Assembly (NCBI RefSeq): GCF_030028105.1
Contig: NC_092376.1
Span: 77,920,935-77,984,934 of the forward strand
Source of the DNA: Mobula birostris
Taxonomy: Eukaryota
Direction of reading: 5' to 3'
DNA length: 64,000 bases
The position numbers and the translations under genes were made by a program. Positions 21,560 to 34,688 of this stretch are shown piece after piece. The notes beneath the pieces are model-generated. The model was not told the origin of the DNA and made no database searches. It saw only the letters and a program-made list of their open reading frames with translations. Position 1 is the first letter of the stretch; each line of letters opens with the position of its first letter.

Positions 21560-24160
21560 TTTGTTGCTTTCTTCTTAATTCTTTAATCTAGCAAAAATGA
21601 AAGCCATTCAACTGTACTTAATTTTGAAAGATAGCCCTGCCAACTTTTATTCTGATTTGCCGTCAACTTTAATTCTGATGGTGCTGCTGCCTTTAAATTT
21701 GAAATTCAGTTGGATCACGTGAGGAGAGCAGCCATTTTGTTTGGTGGAGGTTTTCAATCAGACTGAAGCATATTTACACAATCCTGTGTTGTCTGTCTTT
21801 CATTTATGCCATCAAAGTCATTGTCTGCAAATATTCATAAAGGAGAATGCTATCTGTACAATATTTTGTGTTAAACGTTTATTCCTAGTTATCAGTATAG
21901 TATTCAACCAGCCTTTGTAATTGAATGAACGCTTACAAGATATCAATCTTCTCACATAATTTAAAACTTTGTTTAATTATCTTGTGTATCATTTTTGGAT
22001 ACCTTACATGTAAGTCTTGCTTCATATATTCCTAATTCCTTATGAATGTGTGACCTAATCATCATAACTTTGCTGCATTAAATACTTAACGGCATTTTTC
22101 TGGTTCAGGCTCAGTTTTACTCTAACTCGATTGTAATGTGTGTGTGCCTAAATAAAGCACCCAGAGCTTGTACGCTATATCCTGACTCCCACGTTCAGCT
22201 GAGTGGAGTTTGACTTACTGCTGAATTGTGTACTTCCTACTTCACATCCTTGGAGAGCAGCACAGTAAAAAGGTGTGAATGCAGCTTGTCAAGCAGCATT
22301 TGAACAGTCGACGGCAGTCAATAACACACATTATGGATAAGAGGCACCCAAAACACAACACCACAAGAAGGGCAAATCTCACCAGACAGAGCATCTAATA
22401 ACAGTTCTCATCGCAGTTCATTGCGATCGTGCAGATCATCAGTTGGTGCTGCAGCCGCACGAGCCAAAGTGAAGGCAGAGGCTGCACGAGCACATGCTAC
22501 ATTTGCAGAGAGGGAGATTGCCATTAACACAGACAAAGCTCAGCTAAAGGCTAATTTGGAAGCCCTGCTGGATGACCAGAGCAACAGATCCTTAGTCCGG
22601 TCAGAGTTCTTTGATCTGTTTGGCACCCATGGCAATTCATCATCCTACAGCTTGAAGACCTGTGCTGGTGTAATGGAGAGATCAGGTGGAAGAGCAACAG
22701 GCTATCAGATTGAAGCATGGAATGGTGACATTACTCTTACACTTCCAACAGTAATTGAGTGAAATGATATTCCAACAATCGAGAAGAATAATCGGCTCCT
22801 GAGGCTACTCTCTATCACACATACCTAAAGTGTCTTGCCAAACAGATCCCACCTCTAGATGATAAAGCCCATATCCTCCTTTTGCTTGGAATAGATATCC
22901 TCACAGCACATAAGGTCAGGAACCATATCAACTGTCTTATCAATGCACCCTTTGCGCAGAAGCTGGATGGGTCCTTGTTGGTGACGATGTTCAGGAAATG
23001 TCCTTGTCCCTACTGGTCACAGCTTTAAGACAAACATTCTGGGAAATGGGAGACCTTCACAGTTCAGTCCCTGCACACCCCATGTTAACCTTAAAGAAAA
23101 GGTGGACTCCCATTCACAGCATCAAGTTTCAGTATCAACAGAACATCCCCGAATAAGCTGCCTTCTGAGGTAGATGAGGAAGACGCTAGATTTGGGCAGA
23201 GAAAAGAATTGTGTAAATGCAGGTTCTCTAGCAACACCCAGGGCAGGGCCAATCCAGGGTATGGTGGAAAATCTGCAAAGAATGATGGAACTAGACCCAG
23301 AAATAAAAAGACATTATGTAGACAAACAACTGTGTGATCAGATAGCAGTGAAGAGAGGGAGTGTTAACACACTGTATTGTGTACACCGTGAGGTTCCCAA
23401 AACCCCAACAACCACACAAAATGCAGGAAAGGACGTATCAATAAAAAGATGGAAAAGGACGTAAAACCTGGTCTGAAAAAGCCAAAAACGAAGACTGTTT
23501 CTTTGGCTTACAAATATTATACAAGCATTGTCATTATTGATGATCACCCAGCCATAACTATGGAGGAGCAATGGTCTGTGTCAACTTTGAATGTTGGTTT
23601 TCCAGAAATCTCAAAAAAGCAACATTGTTTGCACGAGGAAGAGCACAGGAAAAAAGAGCAAACCTTGCAGCCAACTCCGAATGAGAAGAACTGGACATCT
23701 TCATCTAAGATTCCCCCCTCGTGTTGTTAAAGAGCTTGCAGACTTGAGCAGCTCAGAGAGGAAATCCATTATTTTGCCTGGCAAACATCACATCTCTACA
23801 TTGATCAAACAACATTACCATGAAGAAGTGGATGGAGCGTCAAGGACACACATTTACAGAAGGGTTCGCAAAGTAGAGCTCAAGGTAAGAGAGCAAAGAT
23901 CAAGCAAAAAGTTCTTCAGGCCTGTGTCTGAGATTGTTCTGCTTTTCAAAATGTAGGATGGAACTTTGTAACTTGTTCCATTAAATGTCTGCGGCATCTT
24001 TATAGATGCCAGGTAGGAAGTGTTCAGGCTTTTATTTTGAATTTAATCTTTGACCAGCCTTGGTAATTTAAGGAATGTTGACATGATATTAACCCTCTCA
24101 CACATTTTAGAACTTTGTTTACTCATCTTTTGAATACCTTTTGGGTATTTTAATGAATTA
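21560..24160 (+). mobile_element. BEL/Pao LTR retrotransposon, heavily deleted
   Basis: Gag-like AAAARAKVKAEAARA fused to protease LLDDQSNRSLVRSEFFDLF; IN fragments IILPGKHHISTLIKQHYHE and VRKVELKV..FFRPVSEIVLL. PPT AGGTAGGAAG then TG at 24021; 24050-24160 resembles 21905-22010 (diverged LTR copies). 5' boundary approximate. Confidence 0.75.
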
Positions 24161-24164
24161 CTAA

Positions 24165-25035
24165 GAGATCTAGATCAATTAGAGGGATGGACTGAGGAAT
24201 GGAAAATGGATTTCAACTTAGATAAGTGTGAGGTGATGCATTTTGGACAGTCAATCCAAAGTTGGACTTATACTGTAAATAGCAGGATACTGGCAAATGT
24301 TGTGGAAAAGAGAGACCTGGGAGTACAAGAGGACAGTTCACTGAAAATGGCTGCACAAGTAGTCAGGATGGTGCAGAAGGCTTTTAGAATGCTGGCCTTC
24401 ATCAGTCAGGGCACCAAGATTAGGAATTGGAACATTATGTTGTTGTTATCGATGGGCCGAATGGCCTACTCCTGCTCCCATTTCTTATGTTTTTGTTTTT
24501 ATGTTATACGAGTTGTTGGTGAATAAGACTTTGAGTATTGAGTACAGCTTTGGTCACCTTTTTACCGGGAGAACATTGTCAAACTATAGAGAGTGCAGAA
24601 GAGATTTACAATGATGCTGCCTGAACTTGAGGGCCTGAGTAATAGGGAGAGGTTGGCCTCGATAGATGTTTATTCCTTGGAGCATGGGAGAATGGGAGGT
24701 GACATGGAGGTTTGTAAAATCATGAGGGGTATGGATAAAGCCATGGTCATAGTCTTTATCCAAGGGGTGGGGAGTCTAAAATGAAGAGGTGAATGATTTA
24801 CAAGAGGCCTGAGAGGTAATGTCTTTACACAGAGGGTAGTGAGTACCTGGAATGAGCTGCCAAAGGAAATGACTGAGGCGAGTACAGTTGCTTGGATCAG
24901 TATGTTGCAGGGCACAGCTTGGAGGGGTATAGGTCAAATTGGGGCAACTGGGAAAAGCAGAAAGGATGCTGGGATTGGCCTGGATAAGTCAGGCCAAAAG
25001 GTCTGTTTCCTTGCTGTATCATTCTATGACTGGAA
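24165..25035 (+). mobile_element. CR1 LINE 3' fragment
   Basis: MDFNLDKCEVMHFG, EKRDLGVQ, QKRFTMMLPEL, WNELP; TTCTATGA tail. Confidence 0.85.
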
Positions 25036-25696
25036 GATGCAGGTTCTGTGCATGGATTCCCGTAGTGGGGTGGTACAGATTGGCGTTTGATGGTTAGCAT
25101 GGAGATGATAAAGCGAAGAAATGCAGTTAATTTCATAGATGGTACATACTACAATCTCATTTTAATGGTGATGAAGGGAAAGAGATTTTCACATGATGTT
25201 TAGCAACATATCAATTTGGCTGCTTTATCCTTTGAAGTGCAAATGTTCTTGGGAATTTTTAAAGCTACATTCATCCTGACAAGGACACAGTATTCTATAA
25301 TGTTTCTGAATTTTGTCCTGTAGTTTGTGGGTAGATTTAAGTTTTCGGAGGCTCATCACTTGCCACGTGATACTGTTTTTGTAATCATTATATAGTTTGT
25401 CCAGTCAAGTTTGTGGGCAATGGTGAGCCCCAGGAAGTTACTAGTCAGGGACCTGGTGATGGTAATGCCATTGAAAATCAGTGAAAGGTGGTTAGATTCT
25501 CTCTTGTTGGAAGTAAACATTGCCTGGCATATCTGTAATAGGAATACAGTTGATGTCTTATTTGCTGAGGAGTTTCAGACATCCCTCTAGTCTTTGCAAT
25601 AAATGTCATTTGGACACTCTTACAATGAATCAGACACAACTTAAGAGACACTTCTTTTCACGGGGACTTTCTTTATCACCAATTACAATATCATTT

Positions 25697-26740
25697 TGTC
25701 ATAAGGAGGTGGCTGGGAACAGACCCAAGTGCAAGACACAGACACTGAAGTACTAGGGACAGGACTAGGATACAGGCTGAGGGCGAGGACATGGACACGA
25801 AAACCGGGAACCCGGAACAGGACTGGACAAGAGAGCTGGGAGCCCCGGCTTGGACTCCAAGCCAGAGACTGGACAAAGACCCAGAACCTGGGTCTTGCCT
25901 CTGGCTCGGACCCCAGAACTAGGCAAGGATGTGACTTGGCTGGCAGGCAGGACGAGGCTGGAGACCAGAGACTTGAGGCGAGGCTTGGGGTGAGGCTTGA
26001 GGCTTGGGGTCTTGAAGCTTGGCTTGGGGTCTTGAAGCTCCTCCTGGGCAGGGCGCGGATCTTCACCCGACGGAGCCAGGGGACAGGAAGGGACAGAACC
26101 AACCAAAGGGTAATGGCAATCTGGCCTGAATTACCCGAGGAGGCAAGGGACAGGAAGGGACAGAACCCACCGCAGGGTAACGGCAATTTGGCCTGTCTTA
26201 CCCGACGGCGGCAAGGGACAGGAAGGGACAGAACCCACCGCAGGGTAATGGCAATCTGGCCTGGCTTACTCGACGGAGGCAAGGGACAGGAAGGGAGCTG
26301 GGTTCAGGGTGGCTCCAAGTCAAGACTTCAGGCAAGACGAGGCGAGAGTTACCAGCAAGACAAGGCAAGACTTCAGGCAATGCAAGGAGAGACAAGAACT
26401 TCAGGCAAGGTGAGAGTTACCAGCAAGACAAGGCAAGGCTTCAGGCAATGAAAGGCGAGACAAGAACTTCAGGTGAGGCGAGAGTTACCGGCAAGACAAG
26501 GCAAGGCTTCAGGTGAGGAAACAGGAGGCAGGGGAAGGGATACAAGGAGTAAGGACACGAACAATCCAGCAGCCACACCCTGGTCTCTGGAAGTATTTAT
26601 GCAGCCAGCCCCAACGAGCATCAGCTGCCTCAATTAGTGCTCAACAGGAACAGAAACAGAGTAGACAGGAAAACCTGGAGCAAGGGTCGATGGACCGGAC
26701 CATGAACCGGAATGCGGACCTCACGGACCGGACCATGACA
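25697..26740 (-). mobile_element. Solo LTR (probably Gypsy type, about 1.04 kb) with internal tandem repeats
   Basis: Inverted termini TGTCAT...ATGACA; flanks CATTT/AATTT (5-bp TSD with one mismatch); internal ~66-bp repeats (26060-26300) and CAAGACAAGGCAAG..TTCAGG repeats (26320-26515). Strand is tentative. Confidence 0.7.
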
Positions 26741-28249
26741 AATTTAATTTATTAATAAACTTTAATTTTGGGTAACATCCTTAAATGAATAGTTAGTACT
26801 TACATACAAATCATCTTCTTGTAATTCACCACTTGGGTTTAGATAAAATTTATCTCTGGTTAAATGCCTTGAGTTTTATGATGCCCATAATCTTTATTAT
26901 TGTCAAATGCACTGTTGGATCTATGGTAATTATTGGTAAGACATTTGATTATAACTTGTAATTCTTATAATATATATCCCAGCAGGTGGGAGTGACTGCA
27001 TGTTTATTGTTAATTTATGGCAATCGATTTCTTGAGTAATCTGTATGCAATTCTTGGGGAAATGTGGGGGAGAGTAGGATGAATTCATTTTATCTGGCAG
27101 TGGGACTGGGAGATGGAGGTGGTGCTGGTTCATGGGAGCTGGCTCCCATTTTGGTTAAGGCCTCGGGGAGCAATATTTCTAATACAATGGTGCGCAATAT
27201 ATCTTGTGTGTTAAAATGTGAATTTTGGACCTGTATGTGTAAAGCACACGGCAAGCTCAAAGTCAAGCAAGAGGAATTCAACTGCCCCTACATTCTACTT
27301 CTGTGGTGAGAGTTCTTAAAAGTAACATGTTTGAGTTAGCAAAGCTTTCAGGGTGTGCTCTGGAGTGAGCGGGTAGAAGGGGAGTGGGCATAATGCAAGT
27401 CTGAGAAGCAGAGAGACCTGCTGTGTAAAGTAGGTAAGTCGAGCATTATTGGTATATGGTCAGGCATCCTAGGGGAAAGGAAGCATCCTTGGCTTCACTC
27501 TGGATGAATGGTTACTTATTTATTGCTGGCAGAGGTCTATTTCTTTTCCCTAGTGCAGAAGAAAAGGCAGATTTTGGATATCACCTATTTCCCCCTGCTC
27601 TTTCAGTCCAGGTGAAGGGTCTCAGCTTGAAAATTGACTGTCCATTTCCCTCAAGTGGAAATTTTTGGCAAGTTTTGTATGTGAACATGACAACATTGCA
27701 TGCCTTAAGGTGATACTATGGTGCAACAAAAAAAAGTAATCAGACTGGATTATGGAACTTGCTGGGTCTTTTTTTCCCTTTTTCCACCCTAGTAGGAGAT
27801 GTACCATGGAGGGAAGATAATGGTAGATGCCAGAAAATGTGATTGACTGTTGTTAGCAATGTATTTCCACCCCGATTCTGATGACTTCTTTCCAAGTGCT
27901 TCAATATCCTTCCATTTTTCTCCTTCCTATTGGGTGAATTATTAATTTCATCGATGGGTGGCAGATTGGAGAAGGGGAGAGGAGACTACATTTGAATGGG
28001 TTGTTTAGAAGCTTTGATTCCTACTTCATGTATCCTAAATGGTCGGAACAATCTGATTCTCTTTAGGTACTATAATTATCATTAACAATATCCCTGGAAC
28101 CCAAATTTCCCAATCATCAAACAGCAATTCTTGGTCAAAAGTTATCATCCTTATCGTGAAATAACAATGAATGAACCCAATCGATTACCTATGCTATACT
28201 GACTTGCACTACCAATCATCAACCATGGGATTGACTTCAAGAGCTGAAA

Positions 28250-28972
28250 GGTAATGTCATAGCTATATAGGAGCCTGGTCAGACCCCACTTGAAGTACTG
28301 TGCTCAGTTCTAATCACCTCACTATGGGAAGGATATGGAAACTATAGAAAGGGTGTGGAGGAGATTTGCAAGGATGTTGCCTGGATTGCACAGCATGCCT
28401 TATGACAATAGGTTGAGCGAACTTGTTTTTTCCTTCTTGGAGTGACGGCGGATGAGAGGTGACCTGATAGAGGTGTATAAGATGATGAGAGGCATTGATT
28501 GTGTGGATAGTCAGAGGCTTTTCCCAGGGCTGAAATGGCTAACATGAGAGGGCACAGTTTTAAGGTGCTTGGAAGTAGGTACAGAGGAGATGTCGGGGGT
28601 AAGTTTTTTACACAGAGCGTGGTGAGTGCGTGGAATGGGCTGCCGCGATGGTGGTGGAGGCGGATACGATAGGGTCTTTGAAGAGTCCTGATGAAGGGTC
28701 TCGGCCCGAAACATCGACTGTGCCTTTTCCTAGAGATGCTGCCTGGCCTGCTGCGTTCACCAGCAACCTTTACGTGAGCTGCTTGAAATTCCAGCATCTG
28801 CAGAGTTCCTCGTGTTTGCGTCTTTGAAGAGAGTCCTGGATAGGTACATGGAACTTAGAAAAATAGAGTGCTGCGGATAACCTGAGGTAATTTCTAAAGT
28901 AAGTACATGTTTGGCACAGCACCTGAAGGGCATGTATTGTGCTGTAGGTTTTCTATGTTTCTTTGTTTCTAT
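28250..28972 (+). mobile_element. CR1 LINE 3' fragment containing a Penelope terminal-repeat insertion
   Basis: LYRSLVRPHLKYCAQF, RMRGDLIEVYKMMRG, AWNGLP; (TTTCTATG)n tail. Confidence 0.85.
28684..28719 (+). ncRNA. Minimal type I hammerhead ribozyme motif of a Penelope pLTR (insert about 28686-28819)
   Basis: AGTC-CTGATGA-A-GGGT-CTCG-GCCC-GAAAC-ATC-GACT: stem I AGTC/GACT, CUGAUGA and GAAA core boxes, stem II GGGT/GCCC. Confidence 0.75.
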
Positions 28973-30964
28973 CTTTCAATCGATCTCTGACCTGACACCA
29001 CTCTCTCCCCTTGAGTTATAAAGGTTATATTTATATTATTTAGTTTGTGTAGTCTGAAATGAAAAAGTGTTCATAGGGAAGGCGCTGTTCACTTTACTTC
29101 TGTACAGAAGCATTCAGCACCTTGGAATTTACCACTAAATGCAGCAACTTACTGGCTGGCACTATACAATTTCCAAACTGTAAACAAATAGAAGTAGATA
29201 CTGGACCATATTTATTTAGATACATCATTTGCTCAGACAGGTTCGTAACTGAGTCATTCATTTACATTCAATTCCATCAGCCTATTTGTAAGCTAGTCAA
29301 AAGTGTCTTTACATTTTAAACCATCAACCATTCACCATAAATCTTTCTCCCTTGCTGTTGCAGCATCAATTTGATACATATTTTCCTAGGCTATTACATA
29401 TAGTTCAGTAATGTATGACACACAGGAAGAATATTAACAAAATATTTTTACTTCTCAAATGTATTTAAATACATTAATGTCACAATAATTTTCAATTCAA
29501 AATCGTCTAAGGTGATAAACTCTTATCCTTTTACGTTTTCACAGAACTACTGATGTCCTTGATTTATCTTTGCAGGCACTTCCATGCTAAAATTCAATAC
29601 CACAATATTATGGGAGTAATGCAGTGCTTAAGGGGGAATGATAGAAAAATATCCAGCAATTACTGGATGTGTCTAGATGGGAATCATTCTGATGGAAAAA
29701 TATGATTTTGTTGACCCACTTGTTTTCCAATAGTACTGAATTCCCCGGTGTACTTTCTCAAGCGTCACTACAATATCACAACAAATTTCAATATAAGAGC
29801 TCATGAATTTTCAGGATTCAGATTTAGTTTCAAATGAGTTCATAAAATCATGTTGAGTTTTCAATTACCATATATCTTGGCATTGCTTTCTATCTATGAC
29901 TTTTTATGACTATTTTAGTGGAAGGAGAACAAGCTCTCAATCCTGGTTAAGACCCTACATGAATTGCCAAATACATCTGCACAGGCAAACAGTTACAGAG
30001 CTATAACTTCTTGAGAAAACATAAGACAGCATTGCCTGGCGGTTAAAATGACCACAGCCCACTTGTCATATCAAAGGAGACCAGCAACAATAACCCAATT
30101 TGTTGCTATCAAATATATTGGACAGATAATTGAAGCATTATTTGTCATGTCTAATACAAACATTTTCAAACTCCTATAACTAGTTGGCAGGCAGAAAAAC
30201 ACTACTACATAATTGCATTTCCCAAATAACAGGAATCATTATTCAAACTCAGGCAGTCACTAGACATGGAAATGTATTGCTTCCTGTAGGTAGCTGGTCA
30301 GTGATCAATATCATGCCATGCAGATCAATGGTGCTTCACAATCAACTCCTAAAACTCATTAATTAGAGTGCAATCACTTGTATAGTAAAGAAGATAAATA
30401 TTTAATCTTTGCTTATCATTACATCCGTTCATCCCAAAGCATTTTGCAGCTTTACACCAATTTTTGCCCTTGAGGATTCAGTCACAGGTTTAGTCATTTC
30501 AGAGCATACTCTGAAAGGCAGTTGCTGCTGCATTTAGTTTCTGTAGCCCCATCTTATTGATTTACTGACTGCAATACCTGCTGCTTGACTTTGATATCAC
30601 TCTTTCTTTCCTCCATTGATAATCTTTCTCTTGGGTGTTTACCCTTCAAAGATTTATGTTGATCCTGTAGCGGTGTGCTACACATAGTGCTAGAATAACC
30701 ACACGGAGTCAGTGAGTTAGAGTTGCGATGAAAGAGATTTATTCAAACTTTGCGGCCTGCTTTAAAGCCTTCCTGTTCCCGACCTCCCTGGGCGGGACTG
30801 CTGTGGGAAATGCATATTCCCAGACCCTTTCTGCGCGTGGGATATTCCCCCTGCTGGTGAAGATGGCCTGGCGCCCTTTTTGGGGCCGGCCCTCTGCCTG
30901 CGCGCGCTGTTGTGAGCCGGTTCGTATGTGCCAGAAAGTGGGTTGCCACATAACCCCACCCCCC

Positions 30965-33900
30965 AGAACCGGCGATACCTCCCCCAATGTCCACAGTCTG
31001 AATTGGCCTCTGTTTGGGAGGTCGGCCCCTGCGCCATGGTGCCTGAGCCTGGACCGGCTGTGCCAAGTCCACATGGGCCAGTTTGAGTCGGTCCACCGTG
31101 AAAACCTCCTCTCTCCCCCCAACGTCCAGCACGAACGTGGATCCATTGCTCCTGATCACCTTAAACGGCCCCTCGTAGGGCCGCTGTAGCGGTGCCCGGT
31201 GTCCGCCCCGTCGTACAAAAAGAAACTTACAGCTCTGCAGGTACGCAGGTCGGGCTCTGTCCGTGCTGTGAAGTGGGTATGGGGGCCAGGTTACCGAGCC
31301 TCTCCCGTGGTCTGTCCAGGACTGCTGTGGGTTCTTCCTCTTGCCCCCTTGGGGCTTGTATGAACTCTTCTGGGACTATCAGGGGTGTGCCATACACCAA
31401 CTCGGCCGACAAGGTGTGCAGATCCTCTTTGGGCGCCATGCGGATTCTGAGCAGGACCCAGGGAAGTTCGTCCACCCAGTTAGGCCCTTCTAGGTGGGCC
31501 ATGAGAGTCGATTTCAGGTGACGGTGCAAACGCTCCATTAGTCCGTTCGACTGTGGGTGGTAGGCGGTTGTGTGGTGTAGCTGTGTTCCTAAAAGGTTGG
31601 CCATAGCCGACCACAGGCTGGAGGTGAACTGGGCGCCCCTGTCGGAGGTAATGTGGGCCGGTACCCCGAAGCGGGCTACTCAGGTTGCAATCAGTGCTCG
31701 GGCACAGGATTCGGAGGTGGTGTCGGTGAACGGGACAGCCTCTGGCCATCTGGTGAACCGGTCTATTGTAGTTAGGAGGTACCGCGCTCCTTGCGATATC
31801 TACATGAATGTGGTCAAACCTCCGGCGGGTGGATTCGAACTGCTGCGTTGGAGCCTTGGTGTGCCGCTGCACCTTGGCCGTTTGGCACTGCATGCACGTT
31901 TTGGCCCATTCACTGACCTGTTTACGAAGTCCATGCCACACGAACCTGTTGGCGACCAGCCGGACGGTTGTCCTGATGGAGGGGTGCGCTAAGTTGTGAA
32001 TGGACTCGAAAACCCGCCGGCACTAGGCTGCTGGGACGACGGGGCGGGGTTGGCCAGTAGCTATGTCACATAGTAGGGTCCTCTCATCTGGGCTCACGGG
32101 GAGGTCTTGCAGCTGCAAACCGGAGACTGCAGTCCTGTAACTGGGGATCTCAGCGTCTGCCTGCTGTGCCTCTGCCAGCGCTGCATCGTCCACCCCCTGG
32201 GACAGGGCCTGTATGGTAGGTCTGGATAGTGCATCTGCCATGATGTTGTCCTTTCCAGAGACATGCTGGATGTCCGTCATGTACTCGGAGATGTAGGACA
32301 GATGTCGCTGCTAGCGGGACGACCAGAGGTCAGACGCCTTCATGAACGCAAAAGTAAGCGGTTTGTGTTCTGTGAACGCGGTGAAGGGCCTACCTTCTAA
32401 GAAGTACCTGAAATGCCGGATTGCCAGGTATAGTGCCAATAGCTCCCGGTCGAAAGCACTGTATTCGAGTTCTGGTGGTCGTAGGTGTTTGCTGAAGAAC
32501 GCCAGGGGTTGCCAGCGACCCTCAATGAGTTGTTCCAGCACTCCACCGACCGCTGTGTTGGATGCGTCCACCGTGAGGGCAGTAGGAACGTCCGTTCTGG
32601 AGTGCACTAGCATCGCAGCATTTGCCAAGGCTTCTTTGGTTTTAACGAAAGCGGCTGCGGCCTCTTCGTCCCAGGTAATGTCCTTGCCCTTATCCGGCAT
32701 CAGAGTGAACAGGGGTCGCATGGTTCGGGCTGCTGAGGGGAGGAAACGGTGGTAGAAATTCACCATACCCACGAATTCCTGCAGGCCTTTGATTGTGTTG
32801 GGTCGGGGGAAGTGGCGGACCATGTCTACCTTGGTGGGCAGAGGGGTTGCCCCGTCTTTAGTAATCCTGTGGCCCAGGAAGTCGATGGTGTCGAGTCCGA
32901 ACTGGCATTTGGCTGGGTTGATCGTAAGGCCGAATTCGCTCAGGCGGGAGTAGAGCTGGCGGAGGTGGGACAGATGCTCCTGCCGACTACTGCTTGTTAT
33001 GAGGATGTCGTCCAAATAGATGAATGCAAAGTCCAGGTCGCGTCCCACCGCATCCATTAGCCGCTGGAAAGTCTGTGCGACATTCTTTAGACCAAACGGC
33101 ATTCGGAGGAATTCGAAAAGTCCGAACGGGGTGATAAGTGCTGTTTTGAGGATGTCGTCTGGATGTACAGGGATTTGATGGCATCTCCGGACGAGGTCTA
33201 CCTTGGAAAAGATCCTTGCGCCATGTAGGTTTGCTGCGAAGTCTTGAATGTGCGGCACAGGGTAGCGGTCTGGCGTTGTAGCCTCGTTCAGTCTGTGGTA
33301 GTCACCGCATGGTCTCCAGCCGCCCATTGCCTTGGGCACCATGTGAAGGGGGGAGGCCCATGGGCTGTTGGACTGTCGTATGATCCCCAATTCCTCCATC
33401 TTCTTGAACCCCTCCTTCGCCAGTCGGAGCTTGTCCGGGGGAAGCCTTCGAGCACGGGCGTGGAGGGGTGGTCCCTGGGTCGGGATGTGGTGCTGTGCTC
33501 CGTGTCTGGGCATGGCTGCCATGAACTGCGGTGTCAGTACTGATGGGAAATCCGCCAGGACCCTGGTGAATTCGTCGTCGGACAGCGTGATGGAGTCCAG
33601 GTGTGGGGCTGGCAACTGTGCTTCACCCAGGGAGAACGTTTGAAAAGTCTTGGCGTGGACTAATCGCTTCCCTTGCAAGTCGACCAGCAGGCTGTGGGCT
33701 CGTAGAAAATCCACCCCCAGGAGTGGTTGGGCCACGGCGGCCAGTGTGAAGTCCCATGTGAACCGGCTGGAGCTGAACTGTAGCTGTACCGTGCGGGTGC
33801 CGTAGGTTCGTATTGTGCTGCCATTTGCGGCCCTCAGGGTGAGTCCCGGTTCTCTGTTGCGGGTGTCGTAACTCGTTGGAGGTAAAACGCTGATCTCCGC

Positions 33901-33984
33901 TCCAGTGTCAACCAAAATGCGGTGTCCCGACTGCTTGTCCCAGACGTACAGGAGGCTGTCCTGATGGCCAGCCACCGTAGCCAT
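30965..33984 (-). pseudogene. pol: Gypsy pol (PR-RT-RH-IN) with stops and frameshifts
   Basis: [62 protein letters not shown]. Confidence 0.93.
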
Positions 33985-34688
33985 CAGCAGCGGCTGGCCC
34001 TGGGGTTTCCCGGGAATTTGCAGGGCGGCCTACAGCATCAGGCCTCTGTGCCCCACCGCTGGTGGTAGAAGCACCATTGTTCGTTGGGCTCCTCACTCCC
34101 GTCGCCGGGTTTTGTAGGCTCTGCTGCCGGGCCTGGTCTGGTCTGTCGTTGGGTACGCGGCTTGGTGATCTGTGCGACGGATGCCCCTCTCTCTTTCCTG
34201 GCATTCCACAGCACATCTGCTTGGGCCACCACCTCCCGGGGGTCGCTGAAACCTGCGTCGGACAGCAGCAGGCATATGTCCTCGGGCAGTTGCTCTAGGA
34301 ACGTCTGCTCGAACATGAGGCAGGGTTTGTGTCCTTCAGCCAGGGCCAGCATTTCGTTCATTAATGCTGACGGTGGCCTGTCTCCCAAACCATCCAGGTG
34401 CATTAAGTGGCGTGCTCGTTCACACCGTGAGAGTCCAAAAGTCCTTATGAGCAGGGCTTTGAATGCTGTGTACTTGCCGTCCTCCGGGGGTGACTGTATA
34501 AACTCCTCAACTTGTGCAGCTGTCTCCTGGTCGAGGGAGCTCAGCACGTAGTAGTAGCGAGTGGACTCCGAGGTTATCTGCCGAATGTGGAATTGAGCTT
34601 CTGCTTGTTCGAACCATAAATGGGGTCGCAGCGTCCAGAAGCTTGGCAGTTTTAATGAAACTGTGTGAACAGATGCCGCGTCAGTCAT
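33983..34688 (-). pseudogene. gag: Gypsy gag (premature stop at 34038)
   Basis: VSLKLPSFW..PHLWFEQAEAQF..LGDRPPSALM..WCFYHQRWG; GGGAAAC slippery site at 34005-34011. Confidence 0.85.

Noticed and set aside
25729-26451. 240-aa ORF and antisense 199-aa ORF as real genes
   Set aside because: They lie wholly inside a solo LTR made of tandem repeats and show no recognisable domain.
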